Part shown: positions 22,963 through 37,100 of the stretch, one piece after another
How the letters are laid out: each line of letters opens with the position of its first letter
Position numbering within the stretch: position 1 is the first letter of the stretch
NCBI GenBank assembly: GCA_051362555.1
Contig: CM120640.1
Location: 43,998,788-44,062,787 of the forward strand
Source of the DNA: Lingula anatina
Lineage: Eukaryota; Animalia; Brachiopoda
DNA: 64,000 nucleotides
Reading direction: 5' to 3'
Translations under genes and position numbers: made by a program
The notes under the pieces: generated by a model
Seen by the model: only the letters and a program-made list of their open reading frames with translations
What the model was told of the DNA's origin: nothing
Database searches by the model: none

Positions 22963-23458
22963 AGGCAGATGGTCAGATGTTTTGGAGTATTTCATAAATT
23001 GACAATTTTACAGATAATTGACAAAGACTGAAGTTGATCTCTGTACTGCCTGTAATGCTGAACCAGATGTGGCTTGTTAAATGTATCAAGTTACGCAGAA
23101 GTATGAACTGGCATATTTATGTGAATAATCAACTAAAAGACAGAGTTTGCTGCAAGCAAGGTGTAACTTGGAAATTTGTTCCACTTGGCCTTTCTGCACA
23201 AAGGGTGTGGAATTGTAATAATGTCCAATAAAATGTTTAGCTGTACAGTTGTACAAAATAAAGTCAAAATGGATTTCTCATATTTTATTAATCAACAAAA
23301 ACATTTTTGTCAAGATCTTACAAGCTTGTTAGAGAAAGCACCATATTTTTCAGTTCACCAAATGTATTTCACTTCAGCACTTTGTATGACCCAAAACAAT
23401 GCAAATAATCAAGTGGCAATAATGACTGCAAATAAATAATCGAGTTCAATACATTTCC

Positions 23459-26400
23459 TTATCTGTCATCCTTTTTAAATGGGAATTTGGAATAGAATTT
23501 TTCAAAAATGTTGCTTAAAAAGCCTCGACCAAACATTGAACTGTCATGTTCAGGCTTGATTAGTTGGTTTCTGGGGTCATTGGATTCATTCATTCTTCCC
23601 TGGCCCTGCCACTTAGAGTCAAAGTTTGGAAGTTCACCTGAAACCAAGTATGTTATATTTATTATTGTAAATGTCAAGGACATAGAATCAGGTAAAACAA
23701 AATGTGAAAAATTTGATGTTGAATTACGTGTAACTTTACCCTGGGTGATAAAAACCCTCAAAAAGTTATATCATAGTGTCCTCTACATATAAGACAAATA
23801 CATTTAAAAAACTTACTCCCTTCTATATTTTTGTAATCTTCCTGCACTTGTTCTCTCCCATATTTGTCCCTGTGTGTGATAATTGTATGTGTCTTATCAC
23901 CAATTTGCCTAATGACTGTTGTTTCCTCGTTCCCCTCACTGTCTCTCACCGTCTTCCTTTGTTCAATTTTCTTTAAAAGGAAAAAAAAAAAAACATTTTA
24001 CAGATTTTGGAAGCCATTTTTGTCGTGCTTTGAAATAATTTGAACACTGCTGTAATTAATCTGTAAGCTTTACTAGTGAATTAATCATTGGGAAAGAACA
24101 TCATCATGTGCTACTTATGCACAGGCCAGTTACTAGTAAGTCAAAGAGTTACTGGTTTGACTTCACACTTATTTGACCAAAATTCATAAAGTAAATGTTG
24201 ACTAGCATTTGATGCGAATTTATTCCCAGTTGTTAAGTCTGGGTACATTTTGCTCATAAACAAATGGTATATACTTCTAAACAGTTATGCAAAAATTGAA
24301 TAAAAGAGAAATTCTGACAATTTCACATTTTATTCAACCAGGTTTCTGGTCTTCTTGCAAATTGAGTAGTACGGCATACTTTGGGGAAAATATTTTTAAA
24401 AACCTCAAAGCCAGCAAGGTTCCAAATTCCCTGACCAAAGTAGGAGACCAGTGGCCTAAGATTCACAACACTTAATTTATTAAGTGAAAAACAAAGCATG
24501 AAGATTGTTAGATTAAACGCATGGTTAGCCTGTAACTGTGAACTTACCCCATCAGCCCCTCTTATGGTAACAAAAGAAGATGATGACCCAAAAGATCTAA
24601 AAGATGGTTGATTAGGTGTAACTCTTGGCGCCTCATCTCTTTGATGTGGAGGTTCCTTAAAAGACGGAAGTCCTCTCAGAACAGCATCTAATCCTTTAGA
24701 ATGCACATCAGCATCTAAGTCTAGAGTTAGAACATAGGCAATAAACTGTAATATTGGACACCCACTATACATGTATTTGTTAGACTTGCTTTAAATTGTT
24801 ATTTGAAATGAAAAGTATGTATTATTTGACTCTTCACCAGGTTCAGCAGCAAGAAACGTGTTTCAGTTACCTTTATCTTCCCTCTCCTCTGAACTGTATG
24901 GTGTAGGATTCAACTGAAATGATGAAAAAGTGTGAAAATTAAACTGAAATCACATCATACTGCAGACACCATATGCTTTTCAGTTCATCTGCATGCCTTT
25001 CTTACCTTCTAAACAACTCATAAAATAAATAAAAAGAACTCTTAAATTTTCCTTAAAAACCCATTTATTTATAGATTAAAACTATACAAAACTAGATTTA
25101 ACTGTGACAGGTCTTTGAAATCTACTTACTCTGGATGTGTCTTCATCTGGTTGTTTCAGCATATAATCTCTGAGGTGGCCTGGACTCCTTTGTGGTGCAT
25201 CTGGCGGCAAACCTGATTAGAAATCAATGTAAGTTTACAATATGGTATAAAAATGCAATTTGGACCTTATCCTGGACCTAAGAACTTTAGAACACAGTTT
25301 TGTTTGCTCAATTATTTCAATTTATTAACAGTAAATTTTTAGACGAGAGAAAATTTAAAAATCAAAGAAAAATTTCAGAATTAATTTGACTACTGTTGAA
25401 AAACAAAATATTACCATTACCTGGCATCATTCCTGGTCCAGGCCTGTCAATACCCATTCCTCGAAATTCTTCCTCCATTTGGCGAAACATATCCTCAAAT
25501 TGTCTAAATATTCCACTTCCATGTCCAAAACTTGGGAAGTGGGTACGGAACTCATCAAAGTCATCCTCCTCATCATCTTCATACAAAGGTCTAAAGAGTG
25601 GGCTACAAAAATAATGACATGGGACAGATGATTATGACAGGGAGTATATGAATAACAAGTTCACAGTTGTGTCAAGCAAAAGCTAATACTACTTGTGTGT
25701 GTATGTAACTACAGGTGCAAGTGCATTTCATACATACCGATGTTTTCACATAAATCTAGACTGCTTAAACACTGGACTCAAATGCTGGTGACAGTGCAGC
25801 TTCAGTCTAGCAACAACTCTCATTTGGTTAGAAAGATAAATGGATGTTTCTATCTTGTATTCACAAATTCCTTTTTAATCTGGATCAAATATCTAGTCTG
25901 AAATAGCTGACACACTACGCAAAAAAAAAAAAAGAGAAGCTACTTTTTGAATACATTACATGTGAAGGATGTGGTATTTTTGTAACCAGTCTGTTAACTG
26001 TCATACACATATAATAGATTCAGACTGCAGGCAGACTCCTCCTATCAAGTGGAGTTCATAATTAAATGGCATCATACTTGGTACTACCATCAAATAAAGT
26101 CAGTCTACTTGGTCATGTAAAATTCAGCAAGACATCCCAAGTACAATTCAAAAGGGAATTTTCAGGCAGATTACACATTTACTAACACTACCCGCTGACA
26201 TTTTAGCACTAACAACCATGTTAAACAAATAACCCACAAATGAACCAGCACTACCAGAGCGGATAAATGTTAGCGCTAGGTATTGCTTTGTTGGTCCTAA
26301 ACAATTGTAATAAAAATCTGACAGCTTGGAAAATTGACCAAGACCTGTACAGCAGTCAAAATCTATTCTCTGTTCATCGAGCATCTAGAAAGACATCCAA

Positions 26401-26478
26401 ACCACTGCACCTTCGGTTATCATTTCGATCTCTCCCAGGAATGCCGAAAAAGGACCGGAGTATGTCGTCTAAATTCAT
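23459..26478 (-). CDS. HAX1: HCLS1-associated protein X-1, about 293 aa. Exons 26478-26411, 25602-25421, 25212-25130, 24913-24871, 24720-24548, 23970-23817, 23637-23459
   Basis: Starts MNLDDILRSFFGIPG, then an acidic patch. HAX1 motifs LRDYMLKQPD, EDKDLDADVHSKGLDAVL, SFGSSSSFVTIRGADGKIEQRKTVRDSEGNEETTV. GT-AG junctions are in phase. Confidence 0.93.
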
Positions 26479-26690
26479 TTTTGGTGACGAAACGTCGAGA
26501 ATATTTACTAGTACATGGTTTAGGAAGTTACAATGGCACATGCGCACTCAAACTTTTCAGCGCCGGATGTTACGTCAGAGTTTATACTCGTCGGCAAGCA
26601 TGTGTGATTTTAATTCAGTGCACGGCTCACTCTGCCGGCAGCGCATTGTCCACAGTTCCTCTGGAAGCATTCCGATCCTGACACACTGCA
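26479..26690. promoter_or_regulatory. Bidirectional promoter HAX1 / STARD5-like (212 bp between the ATGs)
   Basis: Head-to-head start codons and a CpG-rich spacer. Contains NRF1-like GCACATGCGCA, ETS-like CCGGATGT and CRE-like TTACGTCA. Confidence 0.75.
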
Positions 26691-29600
26691 ATGGATAAAC
26701 AAGAGTTGGCGGAGCAAATAAAGAAGAAAATAGAGGAATATACAACTGATCATGAAAATTGGAAAGTTGTTAAGAAAGGGGTAGGTGGTGCGTCGTCTGC
26801 TAAGATTTTCGGCCAAATCGCCAGATGGCCAAATTTCTAAAAGCTGGCCCTGTTGTATATACATAAAGCGTCTAATATACTGTAAACAAAAGGTATTTAA
26901 CGTTTTAAATTACCTCCATATCAGTTCTATTGCTTGAAATAATGTTATAATTGCCTTTTCTGGATATAGGAATGCTTCGGGGAAATTTTGGAAGCACCTT
27001 GTGTATTTATTTTATTCCCGTTTGAATGACATTTTGAAATGAAGTCATTTTTAACTGGAATTCAAATATGATGATAAATATTAAGTGCTGAGCCAATAGG
27101 CATGGGTTCTCCACCTTTAACCTTTGATTTGATTGAAGAATTACACACAAACCAAATGTTCTGCTCATTCATGAAATTTATATAAAGGATAATTACCTAC
27201 ACCAAACTCGCTCGTCAAATCAGAGAGAACTTGCTTTTTACTGTGAAGCACAATTCATTTTCTAATCTTATGATCAGTGATTGATATTTGAAGCAACACG
27301 CATTCCATCTGAATATTTTAAAACAATAAACCTTTTAGAAAACAGTTATTTTTAGAATTAACAAAAATGAGTTTTTTCTCTGGAATGCAGCATTGAGATA
27401 AGACCAGCCCACTTACTTGGCTTACTAATCTAAATAATTCCAGCAATGAAGGGTATCAGGGAATTAAGTGAGTATTTACTATAGTATGGATTGATAAGTC
27501 TTTGTGCTGCTACTAGGCATGAAGCTGATCTATGACTTAAAGAATGAACTTTTGTTGACTGAAAAGATTTAGGTTGTTGCCTTAAAGCAATCCTTTTTTA
27601 AATGACCAACATGTGTAATGCCTTTCACGCTTATGCCTGCCAATACATGAATGGATAGATTTTAGAAACAGTCTAGCGCAACATGGTTGGACACTGAAAG
27701 CCAAGAGCTTCCAATTACAGAATGTGAAAATAAAATTACCAAAGTATTTGGGTTTCTCAGGTGCAGGAAATTAGCCTGTGTTATCACTGATAGCATCTGA
27801 ATACAATGCACACAGATTTGAATGTTTGGATACCTTGTGCTGGGGAGCTTTTTAACCATATCTGTGTTATGCTGGGAATCAAATTTCTTAGACAGAGGTT
27901 AAATAAATCATTACCAAGATTACCGACTTTATTTGTGAATAAAACACCCAACACCTGATCATGTTTCATGACCCTACATATTTCTGCTTATTTCATTTTC
28001 CAGTGTCTGATGTGACCTGTGTTCATAACTCTGCCATTTCTGTATTTGTAAGTTTAATATTTTTCTTACCTTTTCTGTCTCCAGAAAGACGTGACTGTGT
28101 ATTGTCGGTCCTCCACTGAATTCCAAGGCAATATGTAAGTTGACATGTTTACACTGCTTCTATATGTGATAATACATTGGTAAACACAAGTACTAAATGG
28201 GATTAATGTACCTACTGACTTGTGGCCCTTTGAATAGAAAGGGGTCTGGAATACAGCATGCCTGTGCTCAATTGACTATGTTACCACAGAAGGTAGTCAT
28301 AGTGTGACTTAATGCTTATATAATTTTTTAATTATTTCCTTCAAATTGACCAAGGTGTATGCAAAAGAGTACAATGACCTGAAGTCTCGAGATATGTTTT
28401 AGATATTGCAGTAACTGCTTGGGCATTTTATGAATGAAATTAAAACCTGTAGGCCTTGAATATGACTGGTTGTCAATTGAGTCTAAAAGACCACCCCATA
28501 GGAGATAGAAAAATGATGGACGGTTGATATAGCTTGCATTAAAATTCAAAGCCTAAGAATGAAACAGCTGTATTTCATGCTCATACTCTATCCATCTTCT
28601 TGAATGGATGACCTAGAGAACTTTGAAGAGCTGGTAGTAGATAAGATTTCTTGACACGTTTAGACTAGCAGAAAAAGGTGACCCGATACTTCAGTATGTG
28701 ATTACAAGAAAAACTAAATGTCAAACATGTCTGGCAAATCTAAATGTTTTTTATGTTTGGAAGTCTGATGATCCTCCAGCAAACCCAAGTGGGATAATCA
28801 GAAATTTGTGACCGTTACTATTTTAAAAAGTTATAAAAGTCTGATTCAGAAAATCAATAGGGAGATGGGAATGTCTGGCTGGCTGAAAAAGATATGGGGT
28901 CCTGATCAATAGTGTGCATGCTCAAGAAAGAAACAGTCGGCTTTTTAAACTTATTCCAGACAGAATAGAGCAGACATCTGTATTGATTTCTGGATTTGCT
29001 TGGAAATTAAACACATCAAAGTGCTTATCCTAGCCATTGAAATAATACAACAGCTAAAACATTGTTCCTGGAAATATGTATTGAACATTTTTAGTATGTT
29101 TGGTTTGTAGCAATTGTGTACATTTTGGTGTGAAAGCTGTCATGGGAAGATTGACTTATCTCTCAAATTGCTTGTGAATAAGCTTAATCAGTTGTTGAAA
29201 TTACTCACTAGTTTTTAATTGGAATTTTCAGAGATAGTGCAGAGTCCTGAATGAAGTATATTATGAACATAAGTGTATGGATTGATTTTTGGTTATATCA
29301 CATAATGAAGTATCCTTTCACTAAACCTTAGTATAATGAGGTGCATTGTACATAAGAAATAGTAACAAACCTACTCATATTAAGATTTTTTTCAAAAAAG
29401 GTACATACAATTCAACAAACATGTTTTGTTTTGAATGTTTTATTTTTGTTTTGTTTTTTTCATATGAATTTTAGAAGTAACTTAACAAATATGTTCATGT
29501 AGTTCAGTAAATTAGTAGAGTCAGGGAATAATTTTTGATAATTTCACTATTTTATTCCACTTTTCCCATTTCAGTTACAAAGCTGAAGGCACAGTTGATG

Positions 29601-32600
29601 CTAAGCCAGAAAAGGTGTTTGAATATGTTGAACCTAAGCCAGATGGACTAAGGCCAAAATGGGACAAGGCAATCAAGGCAGTTGACACCATAGAAAAGAT
29701 AGAAGAGGTACATGCACTTTTTTAAACATAAAGTGTACTGTACTTATTTGAACACAAAATCTTTGGGTGCCAGTGTCAGAGATGTGAAAATTTTCTATAG
29801 TTTTTTATGTGTGTGTGTGTGTGAGCATACCATATTGTGATTACTCACAAATTTTAAATTATGTTTTTTCCCAAGTGTTTTTTTTTTTAAGATTTATTTA
29901 TCATTTTAGTTACAACTGTACACATTAAATTTTTATGCATATTCTACACGTCATTTATGAAATACTTCTGATGTTCACAGTGTTATTGTATTGTTAATAA
30001 GATGTTAGACATTACATTTTGAGTACTGTCATGTTGGCAACTCTTCCCACTTTTCTGTTCACAATTTTTAAATCCAAATTGTAGGAATAATGAACAATAT
30101 TTTTTTCAAAGATATTGCAGCAGATTTTATCTGAATTTATTGAGAAAGGTCAGCAAACTGTAGCTTGTCTTGAATAACCAGATTTATTATTGGTATAATG
30201 TTCTTAAATGCAATTTATCAGTAGCAAGCCATTGCTAAATCGGCTCTTGTGTGTTCTTCATATTGAACACTTCTCAAAGAATGCAGAACCACCGCTACTT
30301 TTAGAAAAGAAAGGCTTGAAAGGGATACTGGAATTCAGCACCATAATTTTTTTCATCAATTTTCTTTTTGGTCCATAAATTATCTTTGAAAAATGCTCCT
30401 ACAGTCAGGAAGTTGACACTTTCATCAATCAGTCTTCTGCATTTTTCTTTGATAGAGTAGGTTAATGGGTTTTTACCTGGGCTCCCCAGGTATACAAGGA
30501 CATACTTTTACAGGTGCAAAATTGCAATTCGAAGAACCAATAATGATGTTCTGTAAACCTGAACTCATCCGTCAGTACAAATTGAAACCTTACTTGATAT
30601 AAGGTGACATGGTTTAAGTAAAATAACTCACCAGGGTGTGCGCTTCTTGAAACATTAAATGCAGGTCGAGATAAGTTGAAACTTCTGGGATGTCAGCACC
30701 TAGTGACTTGAGACATTATTCATCCATGAGCTACTTAGCTTGTACAAAGAACTCAAAGTGCATTTGTCTATGTACATGAAGCATAGCTTGTTTCTGTCTG
30801 GTACAATTACCATTACTTGTTATCTGAAAAAGAGATCTTGTTCAAGTACTTTTAAAAAGTAGGCTGAATGGAAAGACTTTTGGCCACAGTGACCATTTAG
30901 TATGTTGAATGATTGACGCCATCAACTCTGATGCACTACAAGATGTATATATTTAAGATGTAATGCTATCATATGCACAACTATTTTTATTTTCCTAAAA
31001 TTTTGTTAGTTCTTTTTATTTTGATGGTAGAGACATTTTAATGTTTCTGACTTGACAATTAAGTCCTTCTTTAATCTCAGTTTTTTATTCCAACTGCAAG
31101 TTTTCAAATGCACTCAAATAGGATGGTCCTTCCACTCACAATTTGATGCCTAATGGAGCATACTTGAGGCTGCACAATTATCCATCATATACCTGCCAAT
31201 TATTGCTCCCTGCACTAAGGAATTCCTTTCATCTGAGTTACTGTGTCTGCATGTACCACGTCTAGCTCAGAAACTACCTGTGTGTAGTTTTAAGATGCAG
31301 ATAAGAGATATTGTATTCTAGCCCATGGCAATATAGGAGCATAAGTCACATCGAATGAATAGATAAGTGGAGAATTATAAGATTATAGATCTGTGCCTCG
31401 TAACCTCAGCAGGGGTGGTCTGAGTAGGTTCAGGGTTGCCTATGACGTGTAAACTTGCACCTTTTGTGCTCCCATTTAAAAAAAAAATGATTCTACAACA
31501 GTACTCCTTATTTCTTGAAAATGACAGTTTGTCTTTCAGTGGTGCTAAAGTTAAAAAATCAGATTTCATTTCCTGTTGGATTTTATAAGATTTTTGTAAC
31601 ATTTCAGAAATAAATACTTCACAGAGTTTCCTTTTGAAAATGAGTAAAGCAGATTTACGAAATTTCATGTTTTAAAAATGTAATGGGGACTGGGAAATAT
31701 CCGGTCTCAACAATTCCTGTTTTATGTTCCTTTCACTCTGCTGGTAGCAGGAAGCTGTGATTAATTTTGATGTAAAGGTGTGTAGTATAAGTAATGTTCT
31801 GGGATACCAGGCTAAGAAAATAAAACATTGCCTCAGCCTGCTTGAGAAAAGCACTGTTTTAACCCCATCAAGATTGGAAATACTCTAATAGACATCAGCA
31901 AATTCGAATATGAACTCCATGTCTTGGGAGCAGGCACAATGCAAATTAGAAAACCAATGCAGCAGTTGCAATATTGAATTGTTGTCTGAATACACCCTTG
32001 GGAGAGAATACAGATCCTATGTGATTCACTTTGTGGGAAAATTCTGAAATCCATATTGCTTATATAAATTCATTGTCAATGCCTGGCTTGTCTGTAAGTG
32101 GGCAGATGATGAATGGGTAAATTGAGTTGCTGATAATATAATGGCTTTTATTATCCTTGAACATGGTGATAAACTGCAATCCAGCCTACTGGTGCTGTAT
32201 GTGGTTCATGCAGATTGTGGATGTGGTTTGGGGCTCCTAGGACAGTACTACCACTGAAATGTAATTAGTGTCTCATGAGTCACTGCCATGAGTTAGCAGT
32301 GGAAGTAGCAGTTTGGAAAGGTACATGTTCTAGTATCTTGTTCAAAATACCTCAAACATGTACAGGATGAACCTTACCCAACCAGCATCCTGCATACCCT
32401 AATTTATTTGTCTGGTATAGTGGTACATCATGTATAAGGTGAATAACAGCAGCAAAGCACTGAGAGAGCTCAGTAATGCCCCTAACAGACAGTCAGACAG
32501 ATAACTGGTTTTAATTATTATTAAATAAGATATCGATATATAACTTATTGTTTAAAAACTTGGTCAACTGCCTACAGGTTTTGAAAATTTAATCAAAATC

Positions 32601-34155
32601 TGTCAGCAAACAGACAGACAGGGCCTAAGGGCCAAAACTTCAGGGGAATAATACAAATAGATACATACATGTACAATGTACTGGTATGTTTAGGCTGAAA
32701 GTTCATACTGTCATTGTTTATTTTTCTATATGGATGCCTTTGGTCTTATGTCTAGAAGAAAGTCTGATTGACCTTTTGTAAGCCATACATTAAGTACATT
32801 AACCTGATTAACAATTATAGTGTTTATTTCCTACATATGGTTATGCATCATTTCTCTAGTGCAGGAGGGGATTTTTATATAATCTAAAGTTGTGCAATAT
32901 TGCGTTTTCCACAGGTTTTCTTTTCTTCATTTTACAAAAGGTCATGTAGACAAACATGTGATTTATAGTTATTTACCAGGGTTAAGATAAAGGCCCCATC
33001 CTTTGATTTATTTAATTGCTAAATGCTGAAATTAAACATTGGGATATTATTTTTTCCTTTTGTTTCCTGTTAATTTTTTCCACTGCTTGACCTGCCTTTT
33101 AAACAGACTCCATCCCGTCAGTCAAATGCTAGCTGGGAAAAGACATTACAAATAGCCATTGATTAGGTTGTCATGATATTAATATTTTAATTCAGGTATA
33201 ACCTTGTCATTATTCATAATTGCACCACTATATTTTGGTATTTTGTTTCATAATTTTCACAACTGAAGAAATAAAAAGTGGACAATTTCTTAATTTTTTC
33301 CAGCCATTAGTAACACATATGTTACAAAATATTTTATAATTTCAGGGTCTCAGTGTGATGCGTACCTGCACCCACAGTGCTGCAATGGGTCTGATCTCCC
33401 CCAGAGATTTCCTGGACTTGTGTCTAACAGTCAAGAACGAAAATTCCATTTGCACAGTTGGTATGCTACTTCAGAATTCTTCTGATATCATATAAGAAAA
33501 TTGCACAGCAAGTTTATACTCCTGTGGGACATGTATATTTTAAATCCATATTAACATCATGTGTGATTATAACTTTCAATTAGTTTGACTTATAATTATG
33601 CTAATTTGTCCCTGATTGTTCTCAGTTCATCAGTACTCAGTAGTTAAAAAAATATGTGTACTAAGCGTAGGCTTTCCTTTACACACACCTTATCTACCCC
33701 AAAACTATGTACTAGCTAGCATTGTATACATAGTTAACCCCAAACTTGACACTATTCTGCACCCCATTATGACTTCCTCTTTTATTGATCAGTCACCAGT
33801 ATTGCACTCACAGCAAGTGTCCTATATACAGTGTAATATATTCTGTCTTTATATCTGTGGCTGAGAGGTGGGTGACTTATTCTCTGACCATAATTGCCTT
33901 TTGATGGACCTCTTGGTAGTTTATCAGTGATGATGATGGTGCTGATATACAGTTATGAGTGTGTTTTTGTATTTCACAGTCTGTGTGAATGTGTGTAGTC
34001 TTGTAACTGTCACCAGGTCCTTATAATGAAGTTGCACCCAGTTGAGAGAGCACTTGACCATTATTCTAGATAGTGTGAAAACATTAGTTCAATCGGATTG
34101 CTTAACTTAAGCTTAATGTTCCATATAATGAGGCCAAAGATGTCAAATTGACCTT

Positions 34156-34190
<35 letters not shown>

Positions 34191-37100
34191 TTGTTTTTGG
34201 AATGTATCTAACAAGATGTGTTTGAATTATACCCAATTATTACTTTTTTTTCTAAACAAATTTTGTAAAGGAGACATATTTGACAGTTACTCAGACATTT
34301 GTATCTTGTCTAAGGGTTACACAGGTATTTTATAAAGAACTACATGTACAACAATAAAAACAAGAAGCTTTTTAAATACCCATATCTACTGGCTTTTCCT
34401 CTTCACAGTGTATCAGTATTGGATTCTCTGTTTACTGAAGATATGATAGCACAAGTAGTTTATTTATATATGCTGTATTCTGCAGTTAATTGAATCTTCA
34501 GCAAAGGGCATAGGGTCAGTTTTCCAATTGACTGGCCAGTGTCCAGTCAAAACAATGGCAGCCCATCTGATTGTTTTCTTTGCAATCAGTGAACCAGGGT
34601 CTGGGGCTCAGAGATAATGCCATCCCAAACAGTGTGGTTATTTATCAATTTAAGGTACCAGGTAAATGCACAGTGTTCAGAAATTTGGCAACATTTGTGA
34701 GGTTAAGAAAGCAGAGTGTAGATATCCATGTAATCGTATCTTGTTTCAGAAACAACATGTTGTTTGCAGTTAAAAAGCTGCTTTAAAACAGTAATGCTAG
34801 AAGAGATGAAGATTGTTCGACTTGTGTACTACATGTGCAGGGGTTGTCAGCCTTAGACTTTTTGGGGTATCTTGAACATGTACAAATTACATTTTTTCTC
34901 TCCTTTTGCATTCAGTTGTTAATATATGCAGTTTGTTAATACATGTATGCATATTGAGCAATAATTCTGTATATTTAAAGAGATTAAGTGGTAACTGGCA
35001 ATTCTGTGTATATTTATATTATATTATACTATAAGTTACTGGCAGCGCGAGTATAGTAACTGGCTCGCGCTGCCAGTAATTACGCCGCGGGATATTCAGG
35101 GCACAGACCATGATCATAAGATACTGCGAATAGAAAATAGAATTTAGAAAATAGACATTGCATGTGAATGAAGCCTAAGTGGTAACTGGCAATTCTGTGT
35201 ATATTTTATTCTCTAAGTTATAACATTGAAATGGGAAATTGTCAGTGTACTGAAATGATGATGATGATGATGATATGCGTAAGTTAAGTCAATGTTCAAA
35301 TGCTTAGGTTGAAGAAATTTACACAACAAAGAAAATGTAAACAGACAGTTATCTTTTTCCTTCCTGCCTTTGTTTTACAATTGATGAATAGATAAAAATC
35401 ATTTTTAGATATGTGATATACTACTGATCACTGTGCAGCATGACATGGTCAAATTACTGGTGCATTTCTGGTCAGTGTGCAGCATGATATGGTCAAATTA
35501 TGGGTGCATTACTGGTCAGTGTGCAGTATGCTATGGTCAAATCATGGGTGCATTACTGGTCAGTGTGCAGCATGCTATGGTCAAATCATGGGTGCATTAC
35601 TGGTCAGTGTGCAGCATGCTATGGTCAAATCATGGGTGCATTACTGGTCATTGTGCAGCATGCTATGGTCAAGTTATGGGTGTATTCACACTTAAATCAC
35701 ATAGATTTTGGTCCCCAAAAAGCCAGGGGCTGGCTAGATCATCCCAGATGAACTCCAAGCTAACAGAGTTGATTGCAGTCAAGCTGGTGGATTTCTAGGA
35801 AAGAGTTAGAGTGTGCCTATCTTTTTTGTACATGTACATGTACTCCTACCTGTAAGAGTAAGGTGGATGTCATGTGTTGGTTCAGTTGTGATTTCACCTG
35901 GGTTAGATATTAGCGTGAACAGGCCATGTAATTTTTGTCTGGGCACAACAAACATTCTTCTAATGTAGTTAGGCTGACATTAGTCAACTGGAGACTGATG
36001 AGCAGAGATAAGTGAGGGGATAAGTGACCCCTGCTCACACTGATAAGATTTATATCTCTTTAGCACAGAACTCTTCCCTGTAATTTGTCCAGAAGGGAAC
36101 TAAAATAGGGTGTGTCTGGCACAGGAGCTGGGGCCAGTGTGTCTTCTCCCAGATGATTGATGGCTAATAGATCACAAGAGTAATGGCTATTTGACCTATG
36201 AAGCTCATATTCTGCACTCATAATCTACTTGCCCTGTAGGTTAGCAGGCAGTGAAGGATATACAATGCAGTTGGGCCATTTTGTGATACTTTGTAAACTA
36301 AATATTAGAAAAAAGAAAAAGAAAATCCAGCCCAACTTTAATTCTGCTGTTACCTTAAATGGAATGTTATACAATTGAACTGTAACCACATAATTTTGAC
36401 TTAAAGTGAAAAGTTAGTATACAGCAAAATTGCTCCAGATGTTCACAGCTGACACAAGTATTTCTTACACTCTTCTTACACTCACCCAAGCAATCGACAC
36501 TGTTGGTATATCTATTGAGAAAAACTTAACTTTTAATGTATCGTTTTTGTCAATAGTAATATAAAAAATGTCACCAGTGTTCAGTAGTTTACTCATGGGA
36601 CAGTATTATATGCTATTAACAATCACAAAAGTGCACTTTCATCCTTGCAAGAGCTGAAAATTAAAAGACAGCTTTATTAATTATACCTGTACTTTTTCAT
36701 CTCAGCTGGAAGCATTGAGCACCCAGATTGTCCAGTTGAACCCAAGTATGTGCGTGGTACCAACCATCCATGTGGAATCTGCTGCTTCAGGATAGATGGG
36801 TAAGTATTGTACAAAGTTAAATAATAAGGGGAAGTACAGGGTGGTGTAAAATCAGTTGCAAACATGTCACATGCAAGAACATCATAAAACTAGAATCAAC
36901 TCCAGAATGCATAACTGGTAGTTTTACTGAATGATTTGTATTAAAACTTACATGTTATATCAAAACACTCCTATTGGCTTGAACTTGTAAGACAAGGCTT
37001 GTGAAATGAGTGACCAGATAGGCTCAAAGAATATTAATGTTTTTTATCAGCAATACTGAAAAATTGTAAGGTGGTCCCACATTTAATGCTTATACATGTG

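Noticed and set aside
26267-26864. 143-, 115- and 84-aa ORFs across the HAX1/STARD5 promoter
   Set aside because: No recognisable protein; the region is explained by two first exons and a shared promoter.
34030-34100. tRNA-like fragment (cagttgagagagcacttgac...gttcaatc)
   Set aside because: A and B boxes are degenerate and no cloverleaf can be built; at most a decayed SINE head.
35433-35798. Three overlapping Cys/Trp/His-rich repetitive ORFs, or a CRISPR-like array
   Set aside because: They come from a 44-bp tandem repeat with no unique spacers, in a eukaryotic intron.
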